From positions 16,554,001 through 16,618,000 of the forward strand of contig CP158635.1 of NCBI GenBank assembly GCA_050273025.1: 64,000 bases of DNA, read 5' to 3'. This document shows, piece by piece, positions 1 to 14,129 of this stretch. Source of the DNA: Cenococcum geophilum (lineage: Eukaryota). Positions within the stretch are counted from its first letter, which is position 1. Every line of letters begins with the position of its first letter. A program made the position numbers and the translations under genes. The notes under the pieces are model-generated. The model did not search any database. It saw only the letters and a program-made list of their open reading frames with translations, and was not told the DNA's origin.

Positions 1-272
1 GGTATAAAGGGTAGTTCTTATAATTTAAGTCACTTATTTTAAGCTTTTTGGGGCTTCTAGTCAGCTCGTTAAGAAAGCGATTGCTAATACTACATAGAAG
101 CGTACGCGGGGCATATAATTTTATATTGTCGTCGCCTGCGCCACCGGTATAGATAGTAATAATGTCAAAGTTATAGCTCCTAGTCGCAAGTAAGTCTTTC
201 TTTATATTAAATTCTATAGCTGTAAACTTACCTATAGAATGTAGTAAAAATTGGATCTAGGTAGTTAACCAT
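1..272 (-). pseudogene. 5' part of a BTB/POZ-like gene (runs off the window edge), RIP-degraded
   Basis: ATG at 272(-): MVNYLDPIFTTFYR, a GTAAGT..TAG intron, then DIITIYTGGAGDDNIKLYAPRTLLCSISNRFLNEL, which resembles the BTB start pattern (itl.VG....f..h..lLc..S..F). Confidence 0.4.
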
Positions 273-370
273 TTTCGGGCTAATGTATATACTTTTAGGT
301 ATATTCTTGTAGCAGAATCCCTAAGGATCTCTATATTATTAACAAGCTAATAAAATAGGAATGGCTATAA

Positions 371-460
371 CCACCTCGCTTACTTACCTACTTACCCACT
401 TACCTACTTACCTGCCTCACCCACCTTATCTACCTTATCTACCTCACTCGCCTTACCTAC
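371..460 (+). repeat. Degenerate 8-9-bp tandem array (CCACCTCAY-like), copy 1 of 6
   Basis: ccacctcgc ttacttacc tacttacc cacttacc ... tgcctcacc caccttatc taccttatc tacctcact. Confidence 0.8.
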
Positions 461-1067
461 CCCTCTACCCGAGATAATAAGCACGGTAAGCTTTATAATT
501 TAGTTTCCGAAGCTTGTTTGACGGGCCTTATAAGGGTTAGCTCCTCCAAGCTGGTGAGGGTTTTCTCTTAGGTAGTCGCGGACCACGACTATGCCGCGTA
601 TAGGCTAGGATTGCACGAGCTGGGCCAGATTAGCTAGATCCCTTATAGCTAAGATTATCCCCTGTTTATAAGCGCAGACTTTATCTAACCTATATTATAT
701 TGACGCCGGCCCCCTGCCAAAGCTTTTCTATACTTTATGAAGTACCTCTACCGCATATCAGACGTGGTGGCGCAGAGTAGGACATTAAGGGAGAATCGGT
801 GATTGTGTACTATTACCTAACACTAAGCGACGCCCGTTAATCACACTATTTTATATTGCTAGACGTTTTTTAGCTGTTTATATCGTTGCTCCTATGCTAG
901 GGGTTTATAACATTTGTCTAATGACCTGTATTACTTATTTATAAAAATATTATAAGGGAAGCTCTTATTAAACAATTAAATACTTAAGGGGCAGCTACCG
1001 AATATATAACGCCACGCTCGGTACCCAACTAGCTCTTAGCAATTTTATCAACCTTTTGATTTACAGA

Positions 1068-1930
1068 ATGGCTTTCCAACCATCTTCTAATGATAGTAAT
1101 GCACCTACGTATGTTACCGATGTAGAGAATGTTATCAGTTATTAATATTAGCAAGTATTTTAATATCTCCTTGCCCCCCTAAATCCTCTAAGCGACCCCC
1201 TAACTTATTCGTTATGGGATATATCTATTAACGGCTTGATTACGCGGAACTTCTTATACCCTAACGTTAGTGGGAATAGTAAGGCATCTAGTTAAACTTC
1301 TAAAAATCAAGATTAAGAGTTATATGCTCCCACTCTATATATGGAAAGTCTGGAGGATGAGTTAGCGGTTGAAAGGGTATATATACCCCTATAAAGTGTT
1401 TTCCTTATTTAATAAGCGGTAACCGCAGAAGGAAAGGGTAGCCTTATAGTAAAGGGTGGAGAAACTAGAGAGTATAGAGGCGGAGCTTGCAGCTTTACGG
1501 GTATATATACCCTCCGAACTATTTTTTTAATTTGGTTAATAGAGTGGCAACTATAGAAACGAGGTAAAACCCTAAAGTAAAGGGTTAAAATAATAGAGGA
1601 CGCCATAAAACCATTAGTTAAGGTTATGTTTAGAATGCATCTTAAGGGAGATAAGGTATAATATATCCTCCTAGCGTAATATGAACTATCTAACCCAAAA
1701 GTCTAGGTTGCTGTAAGTCTTATTAAATGCTATAACAGTCTGTTAAAAGACAAGCGGTAAGTTTTGGTAAATAGTAGGTATTTGAGCAGCTATTATTCCT
1801 ATTGGATTATAGGACGCTAGGAGTTAGTCTTTAAATTGCTTTAGCGAATAAATAGTAGATAGGTTGTACTTGTATTAGCGACTATTGCTTTTACCTTAAG
1901 AGAATGCCTTAGTGGCAGCATTTAGTCCTA
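1068..1930 (+). pseudogene. Hypothetical protein pseudogene
   Basis: Frame MAFQPSSNDSNAPTYVTDVENVISY... is continuous if TAA/TAG are read as RIPed Gln/Trp codons; no family recognised. Confidence 0.35.
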
Positions 1931-1959
1931 ATAATCTATTTGAGGTATAAGAGTGTTAT

Positions 1960-4900
1960 ACGGCTTGGCTAATCGTCGTAGTTGCGCATTGCGTAAACTG
2001 CCCTTTTACGGTTTGGCGCGCCCTTGTCTTTCGACCTAACATTAACACCCCAAGCTCCATCGCGCTTCCCGCTACCGCCGTCTCCCCCCTAAACTTTCCC
2101 TTATCTCTTCCCTGGCCGCATTGCTTTATAAAGCTAATTAATGACATTTACTACCCTAACTACCACTTTAAGATTTTATACTAATAATACTTGTAGGCGC
2201 ATAGCGGTCTCTCGAATAATCCCTTCTCTCCTACTCCTACGGCCCCTCTCCTCTAAATTTTCTCTATACGTTTTGCTCTAGCTTTACCTTTATTGCTCTT
2301 AACCATTTTGGTTAAATACGCGCCTTAGTTATTATTATGCTCTTCTAGAATTAGGGTTTTGCTATTAGGCCTGACTTTTCGGCATTAGCTTTAGTTACTC
2401 TGGGGAGGGCTAGAAACTAAGCTATACAGAAGCTAGAGCACAAATTCGGCGCTAGAGCTACGAAAGATAGCCAGTCTTAGCGGCTATATTAATAATGTGG
2501 CTATACAGTACTAATATTTCCAGCTTGATAATTAATGCGCCTCTATTTTGACCAGCACATGCGTAAAAGGAGCGTAGGCTGCCGCTACCTTGCTGCTCGC
2601 ACAGAGTTCGATAGCTGTGTTGGCTGCCGTTGACCGATCTCCTAGCCAGCCTTAGCAACCCATTAAAGTCTGCCTCGTTCTTTCGCATACGTCCTAATGG
2701 GTTATGTTTTGCCAAACTCAACGGAAATTGTCCCTGGACGGATGGCGGGCGCTATAGGCAGTCGTCGACCTACTAGCTCTGTCCCTTGCGGCATTTAAAT
2801 AGATCTTGTATCTATAGCGCCGTGTTTACCCTCCCTGTTATAACAAGAAGATTGGCATATGAGAGTAGTATCGGATCTACTGTCCACCTCTTAGACCACG
2901 GAGGATCTAAAGCATTTATCTAGCTGAAATGTCTGGAAGTCTATTGTTTGGGATTATTACTTGTAGAACGGACTTCCCCTTATAATTGGTTGGACGGTAC
3001 CTGTATTAGCCCTTTTACTAGCCCGTTATTTTTTTAGTCCCTGTATAGTATGAACCAAGATTCCCTGTTTATGAGGCGGAGTAAGAGAAGTGGGTGTATT
3101 AGTGTTAGCTAAACTTATACCGGTGGCTGTGAGACGCTAAAGGGGGGCTCCGTAGCTGAAAATTTGATAGGGGCATTGTCTCTATTTAAACCATTATGTT
3201 CCCTCCTATATTATGTTCCATACTCCTTACATCTGCGTCTTAGTATCTGCCTAGGCTTTAATTTCCGCCATTAATTGTATACCTTTAAGCTTTCGTCTTT
3301 GAACTATCTCTCCTAGTTTCCGTTTAGCAAGTCTCCCTATTAAAGAGCCTATGTACCTCCTTTTATTGCTCTAAAAGTAGATTACGGCCTGGCTCTAAAG
3401 GTGACTAAAGGAGACGGTACGATTTAGAGCTTAGAACGTAGGCATATGTTAAATACCTAGATAATTAAACACGCTAAGTTGTTCTAACTTTAGAAACAGG
3501 ATAAGTACCCCTTTACAACGCTTAGCCTATATGTTATGCCCTTAAGCAACTAGATTTGTCCGTTTCTTAAAAATCCAAATAATAACACTTCTTATTGCGA
3601 CTTGGCTTTATTATATATGGAGTAAAGTAAGCACTATACAAAACATTTAAAAGACTTATGCTAATACCTTTAGGTAACGAAGCGGTTTATTGCTTTCATT
3701 ATCTTCTAACCTATTCTCCTACTTACTAAACGGCGCATGAATATCTAGCCTTTCCTTAACTACCGTATCTAAAACTTCAATATCTACCTTAAAGCGGCCA
3801 CTATCTCCGGCTGGAAACTCGGGAAAGCGATAATGTATAATACTGGACAACCCAGAGACGATTATACTACTTTGTAGTTATTCTTCTGGGATAATACTGC
3901 CGCGCGGTACCCTTTGCAGTTTAGTATACACTATTGGAAAATATAAAGTTACTAGGGATTCCAAGCTCACATTACCGTAATTTATTAAATTAAAAACAGC
4001 AGCGAATTTGAATATAGGGGATAAGTAGAGCTAGTTAATTTACAACAATTTTTACGCCTACTTATTGTTTTATATATATTAGCGCTTAATAAAAATAAGA
4101 TCTACCCTGCGCTAGGCCCCCTATATTTGCCGTATCGCGATTATCTAGACGAACGCTAAGAGCTATAATAAAAGACAAATCTCCATATTTTATAGGGCAA
4201 TCCTTAATATTAAACCCAGCCCTCCTAGCAATATTTTTGCTCTAAGGTATAAATGATCTAGTTATGCTGCCAGAATAAGACTTAGCCCGCTTTACGTATA
4301 TATCTAGTAGTAATGTCCTATGACCGCGGGCCTAATAAGTCCTGAGTACGGCAAGTGTATTAACTTTAAATTTACTCCCTTTAAAGTACCTATACTGAGT
4401 TAGTTAAAAGTATTGGACTTCTATATAACACATACTCGGATTTTACAGCTTTGGTTTACATACGGTATAACTTAAGCGCCCCTATATCTCTGTCTTTACT
4501 TAGGCTTTAAACGTCTTCTTTAAGGTATTTAAGATAAGCTGTTAACTTTATTAGCGAATTATTTAATATTAAGTGAGGTTTGCGTATACCTTCATCGCTA
4601 TTAGATAAGGACTCTTCTTTTAAGCCGCTTACTATTGCGATACTAACAATGACCCTACCGTCCTTTCTTGCGCGGAGGCATCTCTAGGGAAGGGTTTTTG
4701 GAAACTCTTCTTGTTCACTTAGATTATAAAAATCCTCTGAAATAAAAATTGGATTATGGTTTAAGAATGCGTTAAGAATTTGAAGCTTGAAGTATCTTAG
4801 GGGGCCCCTGGGGCATTTATTGTAGCTTAGCCGCTGTAATTAAAATACTAGGGAATTGGAGAGCCCTCCTATATAAACAAGTGGCAGATCTTGTAGATTA

Positions 4901-5340
4901 TCTAACGTAGCTAGGCGAACACTGCTAGAGTAGAGCGTTCTGTCTATGGCGACCTTAAGAGCGCATTCTATGATCCTTAAGAACCCCCCGGCATCCTCTG
5001 TGTTGTAGCCTTCTTTATAAATATCTGTATGTGCTTTAAAGCTTTCCGCTATAACCTATATCCTAAGTAGAGGAGTTTTATTACTGATTTCACCACGAGT
5101 GCACCGAATAAGCTTTAAAAGACTTGTTATAAGGCCCTGCGCCTCTTGGGGGTTCTTTTCATTTAGTATCCCTATTAAAAGGTTATATATTTCCCCTAGT
5201 TGACACTTGAAGAGCTAGTAAGAGAACTGTTTGTGATTAGTATTTAAGAGACTGTCTTTAGATGCTATGGCCTGCGCCTTTATAATGGAATGTTAGTTTA
5301 TGCTTAAACTACTACTTTAACTGCTGGACGTACCATTCTT
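1960..5340 (-). pseudogene. Large multi-exon hypothetical gene(s), RIP-degraded
   Basis: Long protein-like reads on the minus strand (e.g. VIAESFKAHTDIYKEGYNTEDAGGFLRIIECALKVAIDR; HYRFPEFPAGDSGRFKVDIEVLDTVVKERLD) interrupted mainly by RIP-type stops; no family recognised; may be more than one gene. Confidence 0.35.
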
Positions 5341-5779
5341 CCTTTTAGGTTGTAAAATAGTTGGACTTTGGAGGGGTAAGGTAACAGACTATAAACTTAA
5401 GAATAGTTATTAGTGTGACCTTATTAACTATAAGTTATTATAAGTGTGGAATGGTTTGCTAGCGGAGTAGCTAATGCTTCGGTGTAGGATGCGTTAGGTT
5501 ATACACGTCTCCTTTATGTCTCCTTTTATTCTTACTTGTCCCGACTGATATACCCTAATCTTCCTAGCAATTACCGCACTCTATAACTGCTATAACAGTC
5601 CCGTAATCGCATCTACGGTTATGGCTAGGAATTTTAATAAAGTAGATTAGATTTAGCGATTAGTCTTTATAGGTATAATGAGGAGCTGCCTAGCCTTAGG
5701 TATATTAGTGTGCCCAAACTTTACAGCCTCCTTGAACGTCCTCCGCACTACCTATTTTAGGGCACGTCTTCCTCTACCT

Positions 5780-7000
5780 CTAATAGGAGTAAAATAATAC
5801 GCATTAAAAATCTAAGATTATCTAAGATTATCCTTTAAAATTAACTCCCCGTCTTTCTCTAAGACTAACTCCCTGTCTTCCTCTGAGACTAACTCCCCGT
5901 CTTCCTCTAAGGCTATCTTCCCATCTTCTCCTATGAGGAACTTTAATAGATCCGACCCCTAATGCCACTCCCCTTAAGGAATCTAACAATCTATAATAAA
6001 AAGGTTATTTATTAGTTCCTCTAAAAGGATACTAATCGTATAATAGTCTAAGCCATTTCTAGGTAAAGTAAAGGTTAACAGTTTACCGCGTAATCCCTAG
6101 CACTTAACCTATTTTAAGAGGTTAATTACTAACTAAAGCTGTTATATAGTTCCTGGTTTATAGCTGCCTCGATTAGTATTATCTATTCTATTAATATAAT
6201 ACCTGGTAGCATTCTTTGCTCGATTAAGGAGAGTCTTTGCCTCTTCTTTCTATACATAATGACCCCCGCCCAAGTATTTGGATGTAGCTTTGGCGACCGT
6301 CACAATTGACATATATCTACTGCTATAACCACCAATCCTAGGCAATAATTCTTAATTAATAACAATAACTGGTATCTCTGTTTAAGTAACGATTGAAGGC
6401 GGATAGTGCGGAGTAGGAGAGGAAGCTTAAGATGGAGCTGGCGTAGGAGGTAGAGTAGGAAGTAGAGTAGGAGACGCAGAATTACACGAATTAGATGTGA
6501 TCAACTTGACCATTATGCCACTTAGGTAGTTAAAGCATACTAGGAGAACGAGTGCACCTTATTAATCCTTAAGCTAGTACCGATCTTGTTCTACGGCCCT
6601 AATCGTGTTCGTGTCCGTGTCCCTGCGGAGCCAGTATAAGGCGTAGAGAATAGCCCTGCGTATGCCCTAGAATAGTGGTAAGATATAGCTCTCGTGCCGA
6701 GTTTGAGTCAACATACCTTAATAGGGCAGTATAAGTTTATAGGTAACATAACCTGTAATAGAGTATTATTAACCACAAGGGTGAAAAATAGGGGCGATAC
6801 TACGATTCTTATGACCTTACCCAACTTCCTTTTCTCCATACACCTTATCGTAAATGGTCCCCAAGCGTCTGGCGGAATGATCCTTCCCTTCCTATCCTCT
6901 AAATAGAATTCGTAATTCAGAATGGCATTATAAGTTCGTGGATTTTTAAACCCTTTTAACATGGTATTTTGCAGCGTCTAAATATAGTAAACGTAAGCAC
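5780..7000 (-). pseudogene. Hypothetical gene with a possible fungal ubiquitin-like domain and acidic 8-aa repeats
   Basis: ORF 6708-6962 (FKNPRTYNAILNYEFYLEDRKGRIIPPDAWGPF) resembles fungal ubiquitin-like domains (y.L.d..G.iI.P..W). The 3' end has 24-bp repeats at ~5843-5930 encoding EEDGELVS-like units. Confidence 0.3.
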
Positions 7001-8099
7001 CAGAAATGTTTAGCTAGTCATACCTTATATATAAGGCACAAGATGATTGGACAAAGGAAATAATTGCCGTACTAGTCAATAAAAGAAAACATTAACGACT
7101 ATTCCGCATCAGTAGGGCCCGGTAAGGCTTATAGCGTGCCTGAGTCCTTAGGAGCCCCCGCAGAAGCAATGTACGTTAGAGAGGATTCTAAAGGCATCCT
7201 ATTAGAGGCATAAAGGCTAGGAGGCTATTGAAAAGGAAGAGCAGTTTTCATTTTCTGTTGGAGCTAATGGAGTGTTACTTAACCTAACAGAATAAATCTA
7301 AGGTCGAGGAACTCTCTATTATATCTAAATTCAACCCTATCTGACGGCAAGTGTAATTATAGGCTAAGCCGGCTAACCCTTCCCCTTTTCGTACATATTA
7401 AAAGTAAGCTACTATTCTACTAAGACATCTAACACCCCCGTCCGATCTACGCATTCTAGAAAAGCTACAATCGGTAAATATTATAGCTCCTTATAGGGAA
7501 TGCAAGGATGCAGAGGCGGGCTTATATACTTATTACGGTTAACACACTACGTTTGGTAATCCGGGTTTACGGAGACACGTTACCCCACCTAGACGCTTTG
7601 CACGCGAGAAGGGCTGGTATCTTAGATCCTAGTAGTTTTATAGGCTTAGCTCGCAAATTAATAACGATAGAAAAAGTAGACTAAGAACTGGTATGCTATA
7701 TAATAACAGTGTTAAGCTAGCCTTTGTAAAGCCATAATAGGCCCACTCCTTAGGCCTTACCCAATTTAATAATATAAATACACCTACTATAATGACAGTA
7801 AAGAAACAACCCATATAACCAGTAATAAGAAAAACCTGCGGCTATTATAAATAAACGAACTTCGGAGACTCCGTAAAATAGATATTTTAAGTAGTGGCAG
7901 AACAGCTGAATATCACTACGGGCACGGAAATCAGAACTGTAATACCAGCAAGGACAAAAGTAGGATCTATGTAGTATTAGGCCTAATACTATAGAAATAG
8001 GGTAAATATTGTAAGTATAGGAGAATGCAAGGTAGGAAAAATTAGCGAGGCGTTGGGGCAATGGGGTAACTTGTGGTTGATATGCACCTCCAGCCGCCG

Positions 8100-8720
8100 G
8101 GGTATAATTCTCTATATACCCCTAAGTTTCCATCCTCCCCTTACGATGCTATTAAAATTTAGACATATCCGATTAGGAACTTCCCTCTCCGGAAGCCAAC
8201 GCCAGCTTCCCCGGCGAAGAGATAGTAAGCACTTCTTTCCTTTTCTTAGAGCTTAGTGCCGCAGAGGTGAAGCCGTGCTAAACTTGGTAGTTATTAAAGT
8301 AACCTATTAATCTTTGTTAAGGCGTTAAAGGTCTCTATACTTTCTCTTAAATAGGTATCCCCTCTTATAGGGGATTGCAATCGCCGAAGGCTTATGGGCA
8401 TTGCGGTGGCGTCCTACTGTATAAAAACAGGTACAAAAGAGAGTGTCTGTAGGGGTACTTGAGGTTATGCGAAGGACGCCACTGAGAACGCTAATATAGC
8501 CATAGCTATATTAGCGCTCTTAGTAGCGCCCTTTACTCTTAAACTAGGTTAACTTTATACCTCGCTGCAAACCTGTCCCTCTTCTTACTTAGAGAAATAC
8601 AAAGTTCGTTAAATATGTTTATGCCCCTAATCCCCCTAAACGACGGCGATCACCAAAAGGAGAATCCACTACTGCGATCACTGCTGCAATTTACCGACTA
8701 GTATATAAATAAACCACTAG
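8100..8720 (-). pseudogene. Paralogue A of an unknown gene containing a long palindrome
   Basis: 8148-8350 aligns by eye with 12439-12640, and 8400-8565 with 12737-12945; minus-strand read HGFTSAALSSKKRKEVLTISSPGKLALAS. Confidence 0.4.
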
Positions 8721-10395
8721 AAGACCTCTAGAGTTAATACTAAACCCTAAAAGCAATTAAAAGTAAGCAGCTATATAGCTCGCACCTTTCTGCACCTGCT
8801 AACCCTATAGGCATCCCGTACCTTACGTTTAACCGTATACACCTCCACCGCCTATTCAATCCGCAGCCTTCCTACTCGCTAGTCACAGCTTATCCGTACC
8901 CAATTAGTCTTCTACGGGCATTTAATATAGAGGAGTGGGATTGATAACGAAAAATGCCCTAAAACCTACCGTGATATTTTGAAAAGGGTAACTTAGCTGA
9001 ACTGCCCCTTAATACATCTGAACGCTATACGGAGTACTCTCGCGCAATATAAATAGGCTTTTCGCGCAGCCCGTTAAAGGAGTTATCTATAATACTCTCT
9101 ACCAACTATTAGCCGCTGTAGCAATATTATGGCTTCTTGTTACTAGAAACAGCCTTCCCACCTACTAGAACTACTGCTTTACTACATCGGCCAGAGAGCC
9201 TAATTTTTAGACTTTTCCTCCGGTTTATGACTTTAAGAGCGACTAGGAGGTGTTGGCAGTAATAATTAAGTCGTACTAGGTAAGGTCTTCTTCCCTAACC
9301 CTAAACGCTTTGTATTTATACTTTACAGCAAGCTACGACATTTCAATTATACGGCTTATTATCTGCTATTGCAACAATCCCTAAAAACTTCTCTAATGTC
9401 CCGAGCGCGGTAATTAAGAGCGCCGTAGAATACAATTTAAATATACCGCAGCACTATTTGCTATACGTATTTGGATGACAGCAAAATTCCAGCGGCGAAA
9501 AGGAAAATGCAATTTGCCGTTATTTTCTAAAGTAGGCCTTTAAACAGAAGAAGTGAAAAGCGTAGATTAGTACTAGTGGGAAGCCTATACTATTAGCTAT
9601 TGGAAACTAGGGTGGACTTACCTAAAGTCCATAAGAAGGCAATTTTATTATATAGTGGGAGCAATACCAAACAACCAGAGGGCTAATAAACACTTTCACC
9701 TAAGCCTATGTTCGGATGGTTCTTATCTATGAGTATTTCATCTATATATTGTTATATATCTACTCTCTTCTAGTGCTTAGAGCATACTTTAAAGTGTATC
9801 TGGCTTATTTAAGTACTATTGTCGTCTAATGAATTGGCCGCGAGACCTCCTTTGGTGACCTCCTGACAATAAGCATACCAGCTATGCGTATTTGCCCCGC
9901 TTTATGCAGTTGCGTTCGTCTTACAGCGGCTTTAAGCTATCCCTAACCTTTATTGCTTATTGATTATCTTACACTCCGTCACTATCTAGAGCATGACTAG
10001 AAGTAAGCGGTATTCGTCCGTTTACAGCCTCCGAATATGCATTATGGCACCCTCCTATTTATAGTCTCGGCTTAACGCCTTACACATAGGCATTTACCAG
10101 TCTTTGTTATCTGTAGCAACTATATTATACCGCATGCTCCTGTTAGGAAACTATAAGATAGTATACGTATCCGCAATACCAGGTTGGAGATAGGGGCCGT
10201 ATTTAGTTAATTTAGCCTAACCCGCACACGCATAAATAGGCTCTTTAAACCCTCCTTAGCATCTAGCTTTAATTATACAAGACCTTTATCTCTGTCGCCT
10301 TGAAAATTATCTTGTCATTCTACCGAAATCACTATTACCCCTCCTAACACGATAGATTCCACCGCAAACGAATAGGCATTAGGCGTTGCAAGCTA

Positions 10396-10882
10396 TGAGA
10401 AGTTTATTGCGTCTAAAAATTACAGAATATTTAAGGACGAAGAGATTCCATCCCTAAAAGTAGGGCCCCTACTTATCTAATATAGAGGATAAAATCCTAA
10501 TGTCGTAGATTACAGAGGTGTTTAATATAAATTTTACCACCTATCTTGTGGATATAGAGGTGACCCTTTAAGAAACCAAGTATCGAGCGACCCTCACTAT
10601 TGATAAAATATATATAAGCCAAGGTGCGGAGCTCTTGGTTAATATAATAGAGGGTTCCACTTTTAATATTCCTATAGAACCTACATTACGAAAAGCTTAT
10701 CTCGCTGGTTTTACGGCATGCGGCTAAACCCTGTAGAGGGTTTATAAGAGGCAACTTAAGAACATATATTCCGAAGGGAGACTATATAGGGAAGTGGCAG
10801 TCTAGTATTCGGTGGGTTTCCTTACGGTGTTAACAGTTGGTAGATACTTTGCCTTCCAGAGCTATATGGCGGGGAACTATTA
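10396..10882 (+). pseudogene. Hypothetical protein pseudogene
   Basis: MRSLLRLKITEYLRTKRFHP...ETKYRATLTIDKIYISQGAELLVNIIEG reads through RIP stops; no family recognised. Confidence 0.3.
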
Positions 10883-12399
10883 ATAGATAGATATCGCATA
10901 GATACTCAAACTAAACCTTCTGCTAATAGCCTATATTTCGCCCGCTGCAATTTAGTTACTTAATATTCTTTATTTAACGTCAACTAGCCTAGTAGCGGCG
11001 CAGAGCAGGTCTCTAATTAGATTACCTCCCCGCTGCCTCATGGCCTGTATATCATTCCATCGCCGCCTTTTCGGTAAAGGTCAGTCTATTTAATGCTAGC
11101 ATCTATTATCTAGTCAGCCCTACTATTATTATATATGATTATATTTAAGCCCACTATAAGCGTACCCACCATCTCCGCTATATAGGAAGATCGCTTCCCG
11201 CCCTAGAAGGCAAACTTACTTCAGGGAGTTGTATACCTCGAGGGACGAACTGCTTGCCCATTCTTAAATTGTCGCCATAAAAAAGCTCCTTTAACGCACA
11301 GCGCTGTCTCGTGTAAGCTTCAACCATACTGCTTAAACGGGCGAGGAAATATAAATAGGGCAAAGATTAAGCGCACTATATAGAACCTTAGCAGCAGTTT
11401 AGAGCTTTGAAGATGTTTTCTGCAAAGTGAAAGCAAGCAGTAAAGAGAAACTCAATATAGCCGCAAAGATGTCCACTATAGCCAGCGCTCCTTTAACGAA
11501 GAATGTACCTAAACTAATTAGACGAAGTTTATGCACCCCACTATATCATTGAAGTAGCATACTAAAGGGCCGATCGCGATCCCTGCTAGCGCATAATGAC
11601 TTATTAGATTATAGGATTAAATGAAGCTACCGTATAACAGCCTTACTGAAAAAGAGGAGCTCCTAAAAAGAGGGTAAGATCTAATTACCGTTAAGCAGGT
11701 TAATATCTAGGCATTGCTATACCACTAGCAGTAACTTCAGAACACTACGGTAATATAATAACGCTATATTGCATTTGACGGCTTACGTCCTGCGCTCCTA
11801 ATAGCTAGGGTATGGCGATATTGGGTTCTAGTTCAATAGCATTTTTATACTAAAGTAAAGCTAACGTCTTAAGCCTCTATGCCTATCAAAGTCCCTCATT
11901 AGCTACTTAAGTCCTCTATTACAGTTAACTAGGACGGCCTAGCTTCCGCTATTAAAGACAGTATCTTCTTCCATACTCCGTATTAATCTTTTTAGTATCC
12001 GTTTTACTTAAGCAATTCCGTCCAACTAACGAAATCGTCCATCCCATCTATTCTTAGTAATTCCGTCCAATTATTTATTAACTCCAAGTTCTATAACTCC
12101 CAGTAACCATCTAACTATAGCCCATTCTAGGTAAACTGCATAAATACCAAAGAATTGCATAGCTTTGAGGGATTAGGGTAAAAGGCTAATATTTTCTCTA
12201 TTTATAAAACAGTTAGAGTGCAGGACACATGTATAGAATAGCTCCTAACCTTAATAGACTTGGGTTCAGCAAATATTATACGGAAAATCTCTTTACGTTT
12301 ACTTTCAAACCTCCAGTTCTAGTTGTTATTGATACCCTTTTTTAAAGCCATTTAATACGCTGCCTTATATAGAAAGCTAAGATATTAAAGAGAGGGTAA

Positions 12400-13800
12400 A
12401 GGCTAAGGGAATTTTAGAGCGGGAAGAGGGATAGGTTTGCTATTAAGATTCAGACACATCCGATCGAGAATTTCCCTCCTAGAAGCCAATATTAGTTTCC
12501 CTAGAGAAGAGATAGTAAGTACTTATTTCCTTTTTTTGGAGCTAAGTACCGCAGAGGTAAAACTATATTAGACTTAGTGGTTATTAAAGCGACCTATTGA
12601 TTTTTATTAAGGCGTAAAATATCTCTATACTTCCTCTTAAATAGGTATCTTATAGGTTAAAAGATCAATATAAAGTATCCCGAGCGTGGCTTACATAACT
12701 CTAAGGATGTTGTGGTCGCTCTCACAGGGGATTATATTACGGTGGCGTCCTACCGGGGAAGGGTTGATAGAAGTGTGGGAACGGTCCAAAAGTTAGTAGG
12801 CCACTACGCCCAACGCGGAGTCTCCGTAGGGATACTCGGTTGTGTAAAAGGCGCCACTAAGAGCGCTAATATAGCCATGGCTATATTAGCGCTCTTAGTG
12901 GCGCCTTCGCTCTTAACCGGGTTAACTCTCTACCTTACTACGTCGCAAGGGGAGGATATAGAGAATTGTGCCCTAGCGGCTAAAGGTGCACATAAATACA
13001 ACTAAAGGACTTCTCCTAAACGTATACATTCCATCTCTGCCAGAGTATATTATAGAGCAAATAACCAATATAGTATTCCTAGGCGGTTGGGTCCCTAAAG
13101 ACGGAGAGAACATTTCTAAGGTAGATAGGGCTTCTTTATATAAATTTAAAGAGTTTTCAGAGCCGGAGCTAGGAAAAGTTAAAGTAAGGCTATTATCCGC
13201 ATGATTACTAAGCGAAATTAACAAAGTTATAGGTTATTAAGATAATTGGTGCTTATTTTAGCCCATACTCTAAGCTCAGAAGTTATACAACTTAATATTT
13301 AGACTATCTCCGCTGGACAAGTAACCATAGTACTAAGATCCTGGCATAATTTGAGCATAATAGACGCTAGGTCCGGTATAAGAGCTAGTCTAATCGTATT
13401 CTATATATATAGGATAGAGGATCAGCTCTAGATGGTTTAGGGAAGCGTATAATAAAGCTTGACCAAGATTTCATAAAAGTGGTTCGCGGTGCGGTTTGGA
13501 CTAGTATATATATGGGTTTTAGAACCTTGACAGCCGGGCACTTTAGTAGGCCTACAGCTGCGGCGGCGATTAGGGCTTTAAGTGCTTGTTTGTACCCTTT
13601 TATTTAAACTAGTATATAGGTGGGTTTTAGAATCTTAATAACTAGGTACTTCGTTAGGCCTAAAGCTGCGGCGGCGCTTAGGACTTGGATTTCTTATATT
13701 TACCCTTTTATATACTTAGGAGACCTAAAGCTCTAAATAGTGGCTAGCCTTAAATCTCAAGAACTAAGTACTCGGATTAGCAAGCTATTTCCCCACCCTA
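12400..13800 (-). pseudogene. Paralogue B of an unknown gene containing the palindrome and a 36-aa N-terminal duplication
   Basis: Homologous to 8100-8565; includes ORF 12973-13224 and a 108-bp tandem duplication (13501-13608/13609-13716) reading SPKRRRSFRPNEVPSY / SPNRRRSCRPTKVPGC on the minus strand. Confidence 0.4.
12848..12907. repeat. Perfect 60-bp palindrome
   Basis: aaggcgccactaagagcgctaatatagcca|tggctatattagcgctcttagtggcgcctt; an imperfect copy lies at ~8469-8536. Confidence 0.95.
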
Positions 13801-14129
13801 TCTCTATACTTGTTAAGAAATAAATCTTATTCTTCCCTAGAATATAATATCCGTAAATAAAGTTCATTATTTAACGCCTACGGTAATAAAACTTCAACCT
13901 TCGCCTATTTTCACTACCCGCAATACTAACAACGTCCCCACATTTCTCAACGCCTAGAGTATAGTTAGAGAGCGAAGTAATATATACCCCCGTAGGGACC
14001 TTATCCGTATTATATACGCTCTAAGTTCTATAAACTTTTAGGTGCATAACCTTTTATGCATTTTCCACTAGTGTATATACATGCATGCCTATAACTAGCT
14101 GAACTCCCTATTGGAAATTGGGTAGTGGA

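Noticed and set aside
600..650. Similarity of taggattgcacgagctggg to the 17-bp satellite unit, as a possible terminal repeat
   Set aside because: A single short degenerate match, compatible with chance.
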